DNA from: Candidatus Latescibacterota bacterium
GTDB taxonomy: Bacteria; Latescibacterota; UBA2968; GCA-2709665
Assembly: GCA_965237675.1 (NCBI GenBank)
Contig: OZ250150.1
Span: 1,728,001 to 1,792,000 of the forward strand
DNA length: 64,000 nucleotides
Direction: 5' to 3'
In this document: piece by piece, positions 9,151-19,258 of the stretch
How positions within the stretch are numbered: the first letter of the stretch is position 1
Layout: every line of letters starts with the position of its first letter
The notes under the pieces: generated by a model
What the model was told of the DNA's origin: nothing
The model's input: the letters and a program-made list of their open reading frames with translations, nothing else
The model's database searches: none
Program-made: the position numbers and the translations under genes

Positions 9151-12100
9151 ATGTTGCCTATCGATCAGGAAGCGCCGGTGCCACGGCCGGGAAGGTCCAT
9201 CTGGTACACGGAGGATGGGATTCGCCGGGCCCGGGAGAATATCCGTACGCAGGCGTGGGCCGCGAAGGAATGGGAGCGGATCAGTGAGGTCGCAGAGAGG
9301 TGGGTCCGGGTGTCCGACGAGGATATACGGGCGCTGGTGCCGGCTCGAGGGTCGATCTTCTGCAGCGGACGGAACGGAAGCCCCTGCTGCAAGGCGGCCT
9401 GGCGGTGCGACGTGTCGCAACCCCGGAGGGCTTTCTGTGCGGACTGCGGTCGCGAATATCCGGAGAACCGGAAAGGGTCCGGGTTCCGCGACGAAGGACA
9501 CGGCTTTTACTACGAAGGCAAATGGTTCGCGCCGGTGCCCGTGTGGAACAGCTACGTCGTGAGTATGCTGAGTACCTATTCGTACGGGTCCGGCGGGCCC
9601 ACGGACAACGCGCTGTTGAATCTGGCCCTGGCCTATGCGATTAACGGCGAGACCAGGTTTGGCGAAAAAGCTCTGCTGATTTACGACGCGCTGGCCACGC
9701 TGGCGCCCACGACGATCGGTCCACTCGATATTCCCGAGGGTCAGGAGCGGGAGATGGGGCGCATGCACGCGGAGACGTGCCACGTCAACCGGCAGCGTTT
9801 TGTGGACATGCAGGCGTACGACCTGATCTCCGGTCTTGCAGAGATGGATGAGCCGTCTCCGACACGGGGCGACCGGCGCGTGAGCATCCGGGAAAATATC
9901 GCCGAAGGCATGCTGGAAGACTACGTGATGACAGAGGGAGGCGGGTATAACCTGCGTGAGGGAAATCTCACCCATTTCCAGAATCACGAACTGGACGGAT
10001 TCCGGGCGCTGCTGTCCATCGGGCTGGCAACGGACAGACCCGATTACATCACCTGGGCCGGCAGCGCGTTCCGGTCTTTTCTGGAGAATGTCCTCGGGCG
10101 GGACGGGGGATACTACGAGAATTCCGAGATGTACGCGTATTTCTCCGGTACGTTGATGCAGGACGTGGCGGAATTGTTGTACCACTACGATCCCGGCAAG
10201 TACGCTTCGCCCGAGGATTACCCGCGGGCGGAAGCGATGGTGGGACTGAAGAACGCCTTCGATCATCCGCGCCTTGTCCGGTTGTGTCTGGAATACACGG
10301 AATTGATCCGGGCGTGCGGTCGCATCCCCTCTTATGGAAATACAAACGCGCTCCCGGGTTACCGGCCGCCTTCGGAACGCCAGGTGATGCCCTCGCACTG
10401 GTCGCTGCTGGAACGGCTCTATTTCCGGAGCGGCGACGCGGAGACACGGCTGCAGGCGAAGGAATTGATGCTGGATCTGTCGGGTGGCGCGGCGGAGAAC
10501 GTCCGTAACGGCGCATGGGCGCTGTTCAATACTGAACCCGGGCCTGCCGGGGAAGCCCGGGCCGAGCCCGCATCCGGCTCTTCATTTGTCGGCCATAAAG
10601 GCGTGGTGGTCCTGCGCAGCGGGACAGGAGATCGGTCGCGTGCGCTGATCGTGCGGGGAGGCGCGAATCTGCTGTCGCAGGACGACCAGTTGGCGGTATT
10701 TCTGTACGACAAGGGCCGGACGGTCATCGAAGACGTGGGTTATGCCCTGGCCGGTTCGCACGTGCACAAAGGATGGGGCATGCGGGCGATCTCCCACGCG
10801 ATGGTAACCGTGGACGAGGATATTCCCACATCTCAGGGTTACGAATTCGCGCCGAGCGCGGACCTGGTCGCCTTTGAGGATCTGGGCGGCGTGAAGATCG
10901 CGGAGTACTCCGCGCCGCTGTCGCGGATTCACCAGGGAGCAACCGAGTACCGCCGGGCACTGGTCTTTTGTGACGTGGACGAGGAGACGTCCTACACGCT
11001 GGACCTGTTCCTGGTGGCCGGCGGGCGAATCCACGACTATGCGATGAACGGCCCCAGATTCTTCGAGGAGGACTCAGGGTCGTATTCGCTGGAGGGCGTG
11101 TCGCCGGAGGCCCGCGCGGGCGTCTGGACGCTTGCGGCGCTTGGGACCATGGACGGTTCCGAAGAGGCGAACGCACCCGGAAAAAGCTGGGGGGAACGGA
11201 TCGGTCCCAACGATCGCATCCAGGGCGTGGCCGCTCCGGACGGAAGCCCGTTGCCCTACGGATGGCTGTCGCCCCCCGGAAACGGGTACGCGTTCATCCA
11301 CGACGTGAAGACCGCCGCGCTGGAACGCGATGCGTACGCGCACTGGCGTTTCGGGGACGCGCGGGATACCCATTACGGTGTCTGGTTTCCCGCCGATCCC
11401 GCGGCGACCCTGATCGCTGCGAAGGGACCCGATTTGAGAGGCGAACAACAGATCCATCGCCTGATCGTCCGGAGGGAAGGCCAGGATCTGAAGAGCCTGT
11501 TTGTCAGTGTATTCGAGGCGTTTTCCGGTTCGCGCAACGTGATGGGCGTCAGGGTGCTTGCTCGCGACGCAGAAACAGGCAGCGCCGCGGTTCGGGTCGA
11601 ACTGGCGGACGGCAGGCGGGATACGCATCTCTTTTCGAGGGACGGTTCGATCGAAATCCGGGATCGCGACGGAGTTCCCATCGCGCTCTCAGGGCGGTTC
11701 GGAGTCGTACGCGAACGGGGCGGAGAGGTGGCGCTTTGCCTGGTGGAAGGGACGCGCCTGCGGTTTGGAGACGCAGAGACGACACTTCCTCTAACGCATT
11801 TCGAAGCTCGGATCACGGCATTGGATGCCGATGCGGAAACCGTGTCGATCGACCGGGGCCTGCCGGAAGGGATGCCTCTGGAGGGACGGTTGTGCCGCGT
11901 GGAAGCAGACGCCGGGGACACGGCCTATTCCCACGGATCGGGCTACCGGGTTACGGCCGCCGTGGACGGGCGAAACGCCCGGCTTGTTCTTCAGCACGGC
12001 GATCCCCGGCTGGTGCGGGGTACGGTTGTGGAGGTCGAGGCCCCGGATATTCTGGTCTGCGACGTACCGCTTGCGTTTGCATGGGGGTTCAACAACAGCG

Positions 12101-12312
12101 GCGACAAGGGTGAATACAGGGGAAAGGTGCTGCGTACGGAAGACGGGTCGTTCATGTCCCGGATCGTCGAACTGCTGGCGTTCAAAAAAATCCGGCTGGA
12201 ATCGGTTGTGGGGCTGCGGGAGGGCAGCCGGTTTGAGATTCTGGACTTCAAGCCGGGCGATCGGATTTCGATTCCGAATTCCGGGAGCGAAAGCCCGTCC
12301 CGGAGGCTGTGA
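9151..12312 (+). CDS. Heparinase II/III-like protein with Cys-rich N-terminal insert, no signal peptide
   Basis: ATG 9151 after GGAGAG; QNHE, DGGYYENSEMY, IPSYGN, DVGY, SHAMVTVDE, YRRALV pattern; CCxxxxxC...CADC cluster. Confidence 0.75.
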   Translation: MLPIDQEAPVPRPGRSIWYTEDGIRRARENIRTQAWAAKEWERISEVAERWVRVSDEDIRALVPARGSIFCSGRNGSPCCKAAWRCDVSQPRRAFCADCGREYPENRKGSGFRDEGHGFYYEGKWFAPVPVWNSYVVSMLSTYSYGSGGPTDNALLNLALAYAINGETRFGEKALLIYDALATLAPTTIGPLDIPEGQEREMGRMHAETCHVNRQRFVDMQAYDLISGLAEMDEPSPTRGDRRVSIRENIAEGMLEDYVMTEGGGYNLREGNLTHFQNHELDGFRALLSIGLATDRPDYITWAGSAFRSFLENVLGRDGGYYENSEMYAYFSGTLMQDVAELLYHYDPGKYASPEDYPRAEAMVGLKNAFDHPRLVRLCLEYTELIRACGRIPSYGNTNALPGYRPPSERQVMPSHWSLLERLYFRSGDAETRLQAKELMLDLSGGAAENVRNGAWALFNTEPGPAGEARAEPASGSSFVGHKGVVVLRSGTGDRSRALIVRGGANLLSQDDQLAVFLYDKGRTVIEDVGYALAGSHVHKGWGMRAISHAMVTVDEDIPTSQGYEFAPSADLVAFEDLGGVKIAEYSAPLSRIHQGATEYRRALVFCDVDEETSYTLDLFLVAGGRIHDYAMNGPRFFEEDSGSYSLEGVSPEARAGVWTLAALGTMDGSEEANAPGKSWGERIGPNDRIQGVAAPDGSPLPYGWLSPPGNGYAFIHDVKTAALERDAYAHWRFGDARDTHYGVWFPADPAATLIAAKGPDLRGEQQIHRLIVRREGQDLKSLFVSVFEAFSGSRNVMGVRVLARDAETGSAAVRVELADGRRDTHLFSRDGSIEIRDRDGVPIALSGRFGVVRERGGEVALCLVEGTRLRFGDAETTLPLTHFEARITALDADAETVSIDRGLPEGMPLEGRLCRVEADAGDTAYSHGSGYRVTAAVDGRNARLVLQHGDPRLVRGTVVEVEAPDILVCDVPLAFAWGFNNSGDKGEYRGKVLRTEDGSFMSRIVELLAFKKIRLESVVGLREGSRFEILDFKPGDRISIPNSGSESPSRRL

Positions 12313-12495
12313 AATTGTTCGATATAGAGCCTCAGGCCTGCTGACGTAAAGGCGGGGCACGCGACCTGAAGTTCCGGCATCGGAATCTTTTTCCCTATGA
12401 ACACTCAAGACATTTCGATATGTTGCGCTTGGTGGTTTCCGACCCCGTGCGACGCGAAATAAAGCAGGCGGCGCGGCGGGTCAGGCGCGAGGTCA

Positions 12496-14499
12496 GTGAC
12501 CACCGATTCGAACCAGGTTGCGTGGGAGACGGTTATGCAGCAAGCACAACAGGATTCACACCCTGAAACGTCAGTGGCCCAGGAGCGACGGGGCGTAACC
12601 GTGCGTGCGGTCGCCATCGGTCTTGGCGTGGCCCTTTTCATTCAGGGATGGGGCATTTTCTCCAGCCGGGTGATCCGGTCGTCCGGCGTGACGTCGGGTT
12701 TTCTTTCGCCAGCCCTCTTCATTGCGATCCTGCTTGTACTGTTCGTCCTGAATCCCCTCCTGAAACGGGTCCTGCGGTCTCGTGGGCTGAACCTTGCGGA
12801 GATACTTACGATTTTCGCGATGGGGCTGATGGGCGGCGCTCCCATCGCTGCATTGTATGCCTTTATCACGATTCCCTATTACCTGGCCACTCCCGAGAAC
12901 CAGTGGGGCAACCTCCTTCACCCCCACCTGCCTTCCTGGGTCGCGCCCCTCGACGTGGACGGCGCCGTCACACTTCTCTTCAACGGTTTGCCGGACGGTC
13001 GGGGGACGGTTCCCTGGGGTGCGTGGGTCGTGCCCATGTTCTGGTGGGTGCTGCTGTTCTGTGTGCTGGGGTTCGCGGCGGCCTCGCTTGCGGTTGTACT
13101 CCGGAAACAATGGGTGGAACACGAGCGGCTGCGGTACCCGGTCCTGGAACCGATCGTGGAAATGGCCAGGGGATCCGACACCGACGCTTGGTGGCCGCAG
13201 TTCGCCCGGGGTAAGCTGTTCTGGTTCGGCACGGGGATCGCGTTCGTGTTTATTTTCTGGAATGCGTTGCCCTGGATCTCACCGGCCTTTCCCGAGATGC
13301 CGGTTCGGGGACGGGTGTATGCCTTCTTCGGGCGGGATATGCCGCCGATGTTCAGCTATATCGATCCGTTCACCTTCGCGTTTTCCTATTTTGCAAATCT
13401 GGATGTCCTGTTCAGCGTCTGGTTCTTCTTCGCGGTGTTCGTGCTGGAATTCGGGATTTTCAACCGGCTGGGCTACAGCATCGGCGGGCGCGGCGACCGG
13501 TATGGTTCCTACGACGCGGCGTCGAGCTGGCAGGGTCTTGGCGCGTTCTGCGTTTTCGTGTTATTCGGACTTTGGATGGCCAGGCGCCATCTGAAAGACG
13601 TAGCGATGAAGGCGTGGCGGTCGGACCATCCCGTGGACGATTCGCGCGAGATGCTGTCGTATCGTACCGCGGTTGTGGGCATTGTGGTGGGTATTGTATT
13701 CACGGTCGTGTGGCTGAATCGGGCTGGGATGGACCTGCAGATGGCGATTCCACTGGTGGCGATGCTGTTCATTCTCTACATCGGAGTCGCGCGGATCATC
13801 GCCGAGTCGGGCCTGTTGTATGTGCAGGGGCCGATGACGGCGCAGAGCTTTTCGGTGTATCTGCTCGGCGCCAAAGCGGTGTCGCCGTCGAGTTTGACCA
13901 CGCTTCTGTTTTCCTATCCGATCCACGCGAATTCGACGTCGCAGATGTCGCACGTAGCCAAGGTGGCCGAAGGGATACGGGATCGGGGAAGGCGGCTGTT
14001 CTGGGCGGTCGTCCTGTCGTTCCTGGCGACGACCATAGTTGTGATCGTTGGGACGCTCTACCTGGGCTATGAACGGGGCGCCGAGAATTTCGGACACGGT
14101 TTTATCTGCGGGGGCGTGCACAATTTTCCGGATACGGTGAGCAAGATCAAGGAGCCATTCGACGTCGATTGGAATCGGATTATGTTTTTCGGTATCGGCG
14201 CCGCGGCCATGGCGGTCCTGACGTTCCTCCGCTACCGGTTTCCGTGGTGGCCGATTCATCCGGTCGGGTTCGCGATTATGGGGACGGATCTGGTACGGAA
14301 TTTTGCGTTGACGTTGTTTCTGGCATGGTCGTGCAAGTCGGTTATCCTGCGGGTGGGCGGGAACTCGCTGTTTCGACAGGCGCAGCCGTTTTTTCTTGGC
14401 CTGCTCGTAGGACACGTGCTGGGGATAACGGGTGCGTTTCTCGTGGATATGTTTATGTTTCCCGGGGCCGGACATAGCATCCACCCGTGGATTGAATAG
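12496..14499 (+). CDS. DUF6785/DUF6784-like polytopic membrane protein (OPT-like transporter candidate) A
   Basis: Many hydrophobic helices; YYLATPENQW, QWVEHERLRYP, WWPIHPVGF, PFFLGLLVG motifs shared with 19259-21226. Confidence 0.8.
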   Translation: MTTDSNQVAWETVMQQAQQDSHPETSVAQERRGVTVRAVAIGLGVALFIQGWGIFSSRVIRSSGVTSGFLSPALFIAILLVLFVLNPLLKRVLRSRGLNLAEILTIFAMGLMGGAPIAALYAFITIPYYLATPENQWGNLLHPHLPSWVAPLDVDGAVTLLFNGLPDGRGTVPWGAWVVPMFWWVLLFCVLGFAAASLAVVLRKQWVEHERLRYPVLEPIVEMARGSDTDAWWPQFARGKLFWFGTGIAFVFIFWNALPWISPAFPEMPVRGRVYAFFGRDMPPMFSYIDPFTFAFSYFANLDVLFSVWFFFAVFVLEFGIFNRLGYSIGGRGDRYGSYDAASSWQGLGAFCVFVLFGLWMARRHLKDVAMKAWRSDHPVDDSREMLSYRTAVVGIVVGIVFTVVWLNRAGMDLQMAIPLVAMLFILYIGVARIIAESGLLYVQGPMTAQSFSVYLLGAKAVSPSSLTTLLFSYPIHANSTSQMSHVAKVAEGIRDRGRRLFWAVVLSFLATTIVVIVGTLYLGYERGAENFGHGFICGGVHNFPDTVSKIKEPFDVDWNRIMFFGIGAAAMAVLTFLRYRFPWWPIHPVGFAIMGTDLVRNFALTLFLAWSCKSVILRVGGNSLFRQAQPFFLGLLVGHVLGITGAFLVDMFMFPGAGHSIHPWIE

Positions 14500-14517
14500 G
14501 CTGGCGTGCGAGGGTGA

Positions 14518-17500
14518 ATGATGTTTAATCGTCTCAAGAGGGTTCTTCTGGTTCTGCTGACGCTCGGCGTCCTCTCGCTCGTGGTGGTGTACGATCCCGA
14601 GGACGTGTCCGACGTGATACGGGATGCGCTCCATATCCGGCAGGTGGCGCCCCCCGAGCAAGCCCGGGGGGATCTCTCGGCCGAGGATCGGGCCGTTCGC
14701 CGGGTTGTGGATGCGATCACCGAAGAGGAGGTCCGGTCTCACGTGGCGGCATTAACCCGGATGCCGTCCCGCGTGGTGGGGTATGGCGGGGAGCGGCAGG
14801 CGCGGGATTACGTCCGGTCGCAATTCGAGGCGCTGGGTCTGGAGCGAATTACCACGGAAACGTTCGACGTGACCGTGCCAATCGACGCGGGAGGCGCGCT
14901 GAAGTTGACGGCAACCGGGGAGGAGATGCCCATTTACTGCCTCTGGCCTAACGATGTGCGTACCTCCACGCTTCCGGCCGACGGGGTTGGCGGGCCGCTG
15001 ATCTACGGGCGAAAGGGGGAATTCTCGGATTTCAACGGGTCGGTTGTGGACGGCAGCGTCGTGTTGATGGACTTCGGCTGCGGGCAGAATTACGTGAACG
15101 CACTGGCCCTCGGCGCCAAGGCGATTCTGTTCTTCGACGACGGCAACGTGACGCGCGGGGAGGCGGAGGACAAATTCCTGGAGGTGCCCGTGAATGCGCC
15201 CCGGTTCTGGGTAAACCGGGAGGATGCGCAGCGCCTCCTGAAGTGGATCCGGCGGGGGGATGCGCGGGTCCACCTGACGGGCAGGATGGACTGGAAGACG
15301 GTGGAGGCGGCAAATGTGTACGGGTATCTGCCCGGATCCGGGGAGCGCATTCCGGGAGGGACGGGCCGCAGGTGGAAGGACCGCCTGATTGTGGTGGGCG
15401 CGTATTACGACGCGATGTCGGTGGTGCCGGCGCTCGCTCCCGGCGCGGAAAGCGCCTCGGGAGTTGCCGCGTTGCTTGAGGTGGTCCGGTCGTTGAAGCA
15501 ACACGGTTCGAGGTACTCCTTCCTCTTTCTGGCGACATCCGCGCACTTTGAGGGATTGACGGGAATCAACGATTTCCTCTATCGACATTCCCGGCGAAGC
15601 GATTATTTCAGGGACCGGATTCCCGAAGGGGACCGCATTGACTTCAGCCTGTTCGTCGGGCTGGATCTGTCCAGCCGCAGCAGACAGGTGGGCGGATTTG
15701 CGATGGGAACATTCTACAACGCCGGCAAGGGAACGGACGAATACCTGAAGAATCTGCTGACGCCCTATTCGCACAGGTTCCGAGAGTACGCAACTGCGCT
15801 TTTCCAGGGTGAGGAGCGCTACGTGGACGTGGTGGCTCCGGCCAAGCGCCCCTGGACGTCGTTTATGCCGGTCCCCCTGGCCCTGGAGAGCGAGGCGGCG
15901 GTATTCGTGGGTCAGGAGGCCATGACGCTGGCGACCCTGTATGACGGCCGCGTCCGCACGGATACGCCAGCGGATCGTCCGGAGAAGATGGCGTTCGACC
16001 GGTTGACCGACCAGGTGCGTTCGGTGGCTGCAATGATGATCAGGGCGGGTAACGATCCGGGCTTTTTCCGGGAGACCCAGCTTCTCCTGATGGACCGGGG
16101 ACATCGCCTGGCCGGGCGTGTTCTCTGGTTCGACCGGGACGTGGACTTCGCGATTCCAAGGGTGCCGGTGCCGGGCGCGCTGGTGACGTACAAACAGCCG
16201 GGGCCCGGTAGCCTGGCCGGCGTTCGGACGCTGATGGTCACCCAGACCACCCGGGGCCCGATCTATGAAGCTCCGGACTCGAAAGGGGCGCTGTACGGTT
16301 CGCGGAACGCGATTGCGCAGACCGGTCGGTTTGCATTCGACATCGTAAGAAACCGGTTTTCCAACCAGATACTGGCTTACGAGATCGACGGAGAGGGGCG
16401 GATCGTTTCGGCCCCGGATATGGGAAGAGAGGGCGCCGGTCCGGATGGGAAAAACGGGAAATTTCCCCTGGTGCAGAGATACGGCTGGTGGGACAACGAG
16501 ATGATGAGTGTGCTGTTCAGGTGCCGGTCGCTGAGCCTCTTCGAAATTGTGGATTCGAGCTATCTCTCGGTGCTGGATCATATGAAGGTGCTGGGGCGGG
16601 ACAACAGCGAGCCGATCGAGTACGGTTTTCGGTACGTGGCCAACCAGGGCCGGAAGGAGGGAAAGGTCACGCAGGCGTCGGTGGCATTCGCTCCGCCGGG
16701 GGAACGAATCAAGATCCTGATGAGCAGCGGGCTCTTCGGAATCAAGTACCTGCTCATCAACGCGCCGGATGATCTGCTGACCGATCCCGTCGCTCCGCGG
16801 CAAGTGGATGCAGCCACGGTGAAACGTTCCATGGGAACAGGCTACGTCCCGGACGGGAACGTGATTTCCCTGCCTTCGTACAGGGCGGCGCGGGATATGT
16901 GGATCGTGGATGACGTGCGGATGAAGCAACTGGCTCGATACGGCGTGGAAAACCAGCGGCTTTCACGGCTTCACGATGACGCACGCGCGTCTCTTTTGGA
17001 GGCGAAACGCCACCTGGATAATCGCAGCTACGACCGGTTCATCGCAGCGGCCAGGAAAGGTTGGGGGCTGGAGGCGCGCGGCTACCCCGAGGTCAAGGAG
17101 ACGGCCAACGACACCGTGCGGGGCGTCATTTTCTATTTCGTCCTGTTGCTGCCGTTTTCGTTCTTTTGCGAGCGGCTGTTTTTCGGGTTTCCCGACGTCC
17201 AGCGACGGATCGTCGGATTCGCCGCGATTCTCGTCGCCATGTTCCTTGCGCTGCGGTGGGTGCATCCCGCGTTTCAGCTGTCCGGGTCTCCATACATCAT
17301 CTTTCTTGCGTTTGTGATTCTGTGCCTGGGAGGGATGGCGATGGTGATTGTGGTTTCCAGGTTCGCGGATCAGGTCAGGCGTTTGAAGCAGGCGGCTACG
17401 GGCGTGTACGAGGAGGATGTGGGGCGGATTTCCGCAACGATCGTGGCCTTTACACTGGGCGTATCGAATCTGCGAAAGCGCCCGTTGCGCAGCGGGCTGA

Positions 17501-19233
17501 CGGCCGTCACACTCACGTTGTTGACGTTCACGGTGCTTTCGTTCACGTCAGTTCAGACGTATCTGCGCTTTTATAAGCTGCCGAGGGACAACCGCCCGCC
17601 CTACCAGGGCGCGCTGGTGAGAGACCGCAATTGGAGAGGGATGCAGCCTTCCGTGCTGACCTACATCCAGAGCCATTTTGGCGGTTTCGCCAGGGTGGCG
17701 CCCCGGGCATTCTACATTTCCGAAAAGCGGGGCGAGCGTGCGTATATCGACTTTGAGGAACCGGTAAGCGGCCGGCGGAGTTTCGCGAACGGTTTGTTGG
17801 GTGTGACGCCACAGGAACCGAAGATAATGGGTATGGACCGGCTGCTGGCGGCTGGCCGGTGGTTCATGGAGGGAGAACGCCACGCGGTCATCCTGCCTGG
17901 AGAACTGGCGGAACTGGTGGGGATCTCTCACGCGGACGTGGAAGCCGGGCGGGCGCGGGTGCGTATGTTGGGGGTCGAGCTTGCCGTTATCGGCATCCTG
18001 GATTCCAGGGCGGTCGACAGGCTGGCGGACATGGACGACGAACGGTTGACGCCCATCGACACCACAATGGAGACAGCGGGGACGAGCGACTGGCGCAACC
18101 TGAGCCAGGACCCGAGGTTGATGGGAGCGGAGCCGATCGAGGCGTTTATCCACCTGGACGCCAGCAATACGGCGTTGCTTCCGTACGAATTCGTCGTTGA
18201 AATGGGGGGCACGCTCCGGTCGATTGCGATCACCGATTTCAGAGATGCGCAGGGCAACCCGAGCCCGGACGTCCGGCGGCAGATCGAAGAGTTCATGTCC
18301 CGTGTGGCGCTGACCATGTTTGTTGGGATCGGCGAAGAGGTGGCCGTCTACAGTTCGATCGGAACCACGTCGCTTTCAGGCATCGCGAATCTCTTCATAC
18401 CGCTTTTGATCGCCTCCCTGATCGTTCTGAATACGATGATGGGCGCCGTATACGAAAGGTTCCGGGAAATCGGTGTGTACTCGGCCGTGGGGCTGGCGCC
18501 GAGCCACATTTCCGCGCTGTTTCTCGCCGAAGCGGCCGTGTTCGCCACGCTGGGCGCGGCGTTCGGTTACCTGATCGGCCAGGCCGTGGCGATGTTTCTG
18601 TACGAGCGCGGTGCGCTGGGTGGGTTGTCGTTGAACTATTCGTCGCTTTCGGCCGTTTCTTCAACGCTGCTGGTGATGTTGGCGGTGTTCCTGTCCACCC
18701 TCTATCCGGCCAGGAAGGCCGAGCAGATGTCCGTGCCCGACGTGACCCGGCGGTGGCAGTTTCCACATCCGAAGGGAGACGAATGGACTTTTGACTTTCC
18801 GTTTACACTGGCCGGATCGGAAGCCCTTGGGATGTATACGTATCTCTTTCGGTGTTTCGAGTCCTTCGGCGAGGGCTCTCTTGGCAGGTTTGTTTCGCGG
18901 GATGTGCGCTTTCAGTCCGAGCCACTTTCGGCTGGCACGGGGTACAAGATCGCGCTGCGGATGTGGCTGGCTCCCTACGATATGGGCATCAGCCAGGATG
19001 TCCAGATGAATGCGATTTCCACGGGAGAACACGAGATATACCGCATCGAGGTTCGAATCCATCGCCTGAGCGGAGACGTGAACTCCTGGCAGCGGGTGAA
19101 TCGAGGCTTCCTGAACGACATCCGCAAGCTCTTTCTGGTATGGAAAACAATGCCTCCGGAAACAAAGACGGACTATGCCCGGCAGGGCCAGGCGGAACTG
19201 GAGACGTCGGCGGGCCGGGAGGTCGTGTCTTGA
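14518..19233 (+). CDS. Fusion of a degenerate M28 peptidase-like domain and a MacB/FtsX-like permease
   Basis: N-terminal anchor; IVVGAYYDA...APGAESASGVAALLE (M28-like); SNLRKRPLRSGLT TM1, GRWF periplasmic motif and ERFREIGVYSAVG...LFLAEA FtsX motif. Confidence 0.85.
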   Translation: MMFNRLKRVLLVLLTLGVLSLVVVYDPEDVSDVIRDALHIRQVAPPEQARGDLSAEDRAVRRVVDAITEEEVRSHVAALTRMPSRVVGYGGERQARDYVRSQFEALGLERITTETFDVTVPIDAGGALKLTATGEEMPIYCLWPNDVRTSTLPADGVGGPLIYGRKGEFSDFNGSVVDGSVVLMDFGCGQNYVNALALGAKAILFFDDGNVTRGEAEDKFLEVPVNAPRFWVNREDAQRLLKWIRRGDARVHLTGRMDWKTVEAANVYGYLPGSGERIPGGTGRRWKDRLIVVGAYYDAMSVVPALAPGAESASGVAALLEVVRSLKQHGSRYSFLFLATSAHFEGLTGINDFLYRHSRRSDYFRDRIPEGDRIDFSLFVGLDLSSRSRQVGGFAMGTFYNAGKGTDEYLKNLLTPYSHRFREYATALFQGEERYVDVVAPAKRPWTSFMPVPLALESEAAVFVGQEAMTLATLYDGRVRTDTPADRPEKMAFDRLTDQVRSVAAMMIRAGNDPGFFRETQLLLMDRGHRLAGRVLWFDRDVDFAIPRVPVPGALVTYKQPGPGSLAGVRTLMVTQTTRGPIYEAPDSKGALYGSRNAIAQTGRFAFDIVRNRFSNQILAYEIDGEGRIVSAPDMGREGAGPDGKNGKFPLVQRYGWWDNEMMSVLFRCRSLSLFEIVDSSYLSVLDHMKVLGRDNSEPIEYGFRYVANQGRKEGKVTQASVAFAPPGERIKILMSSGLFGIKYLLINAPDDLLTDPVAPRQVDAATVKRSMGTGYVPDGNVISLPSYRAARDMWIVDDVRMKQLARYGVENQRLSRLHDDARASLLEAKRHLDNRSYDRFIAAARKGWGLEARGYPEVKETANDTVRGVIFYFVLLLPFSFFCERLFFGFPDVQRRIVGFAAILVAMFLALRWVHPAFQLSGSPYIIFLAFVILCLGGMAMVIVVSRFADQVRRLKQAATGVYEEDVGRISATIVAFTLGVSNLRKRPLRSGLTAVTLTLLTFTVLSFTSVQTYLRFYKLPRDNRPPYQGALVRDRNWRGMQPSVLTYIQSHFGGFARVAPRAFYISEKRGERAYIDFEEPVSGRRSFANGLLGVTPQEPKIMGMDRLLAAGRWFMEGERHAVILPGELAELVGISHADVEAGRARVRMLGVELAVIGILDSRAVDRLADMDDERLTPIDTTMETAGTSDWRNLSQDPRLMGAEPIEAFIHLDASNTALLPYEFVVEMGGTLRSIAITDFRDAQGNPSPDVRRQIEEFMSRVALTMFVGIGEEVAVYSSIGTTSLSGIANLFIPLLIASLIVLNTMMGAVYERFREIGVYSAVGLAPSHISALFLAEAAVFATLGAAFGYLIGQAVAMFLYERGALGGLSLNYSSLSAVSSTLLVMLAVFLSTLYPARKAEQMSVPDVTRRWQFPHPKGDEWTFDFPFTLAGSEALGMYTYLFRCFESFGEGSLGRFVSRDVRFQSEPLSAGTGYKIALRMWLAPYDMGISQDVQMNAISTGEHEIYRIEVRIHRLSGDVNSWQRVNRGFLNDIRKLFLVWKTMPPETKTDYARQGQAELETSAGREVVS

Positions 19234-19258
19234 ACGCACACGCGAGGGAAAACGCGGT

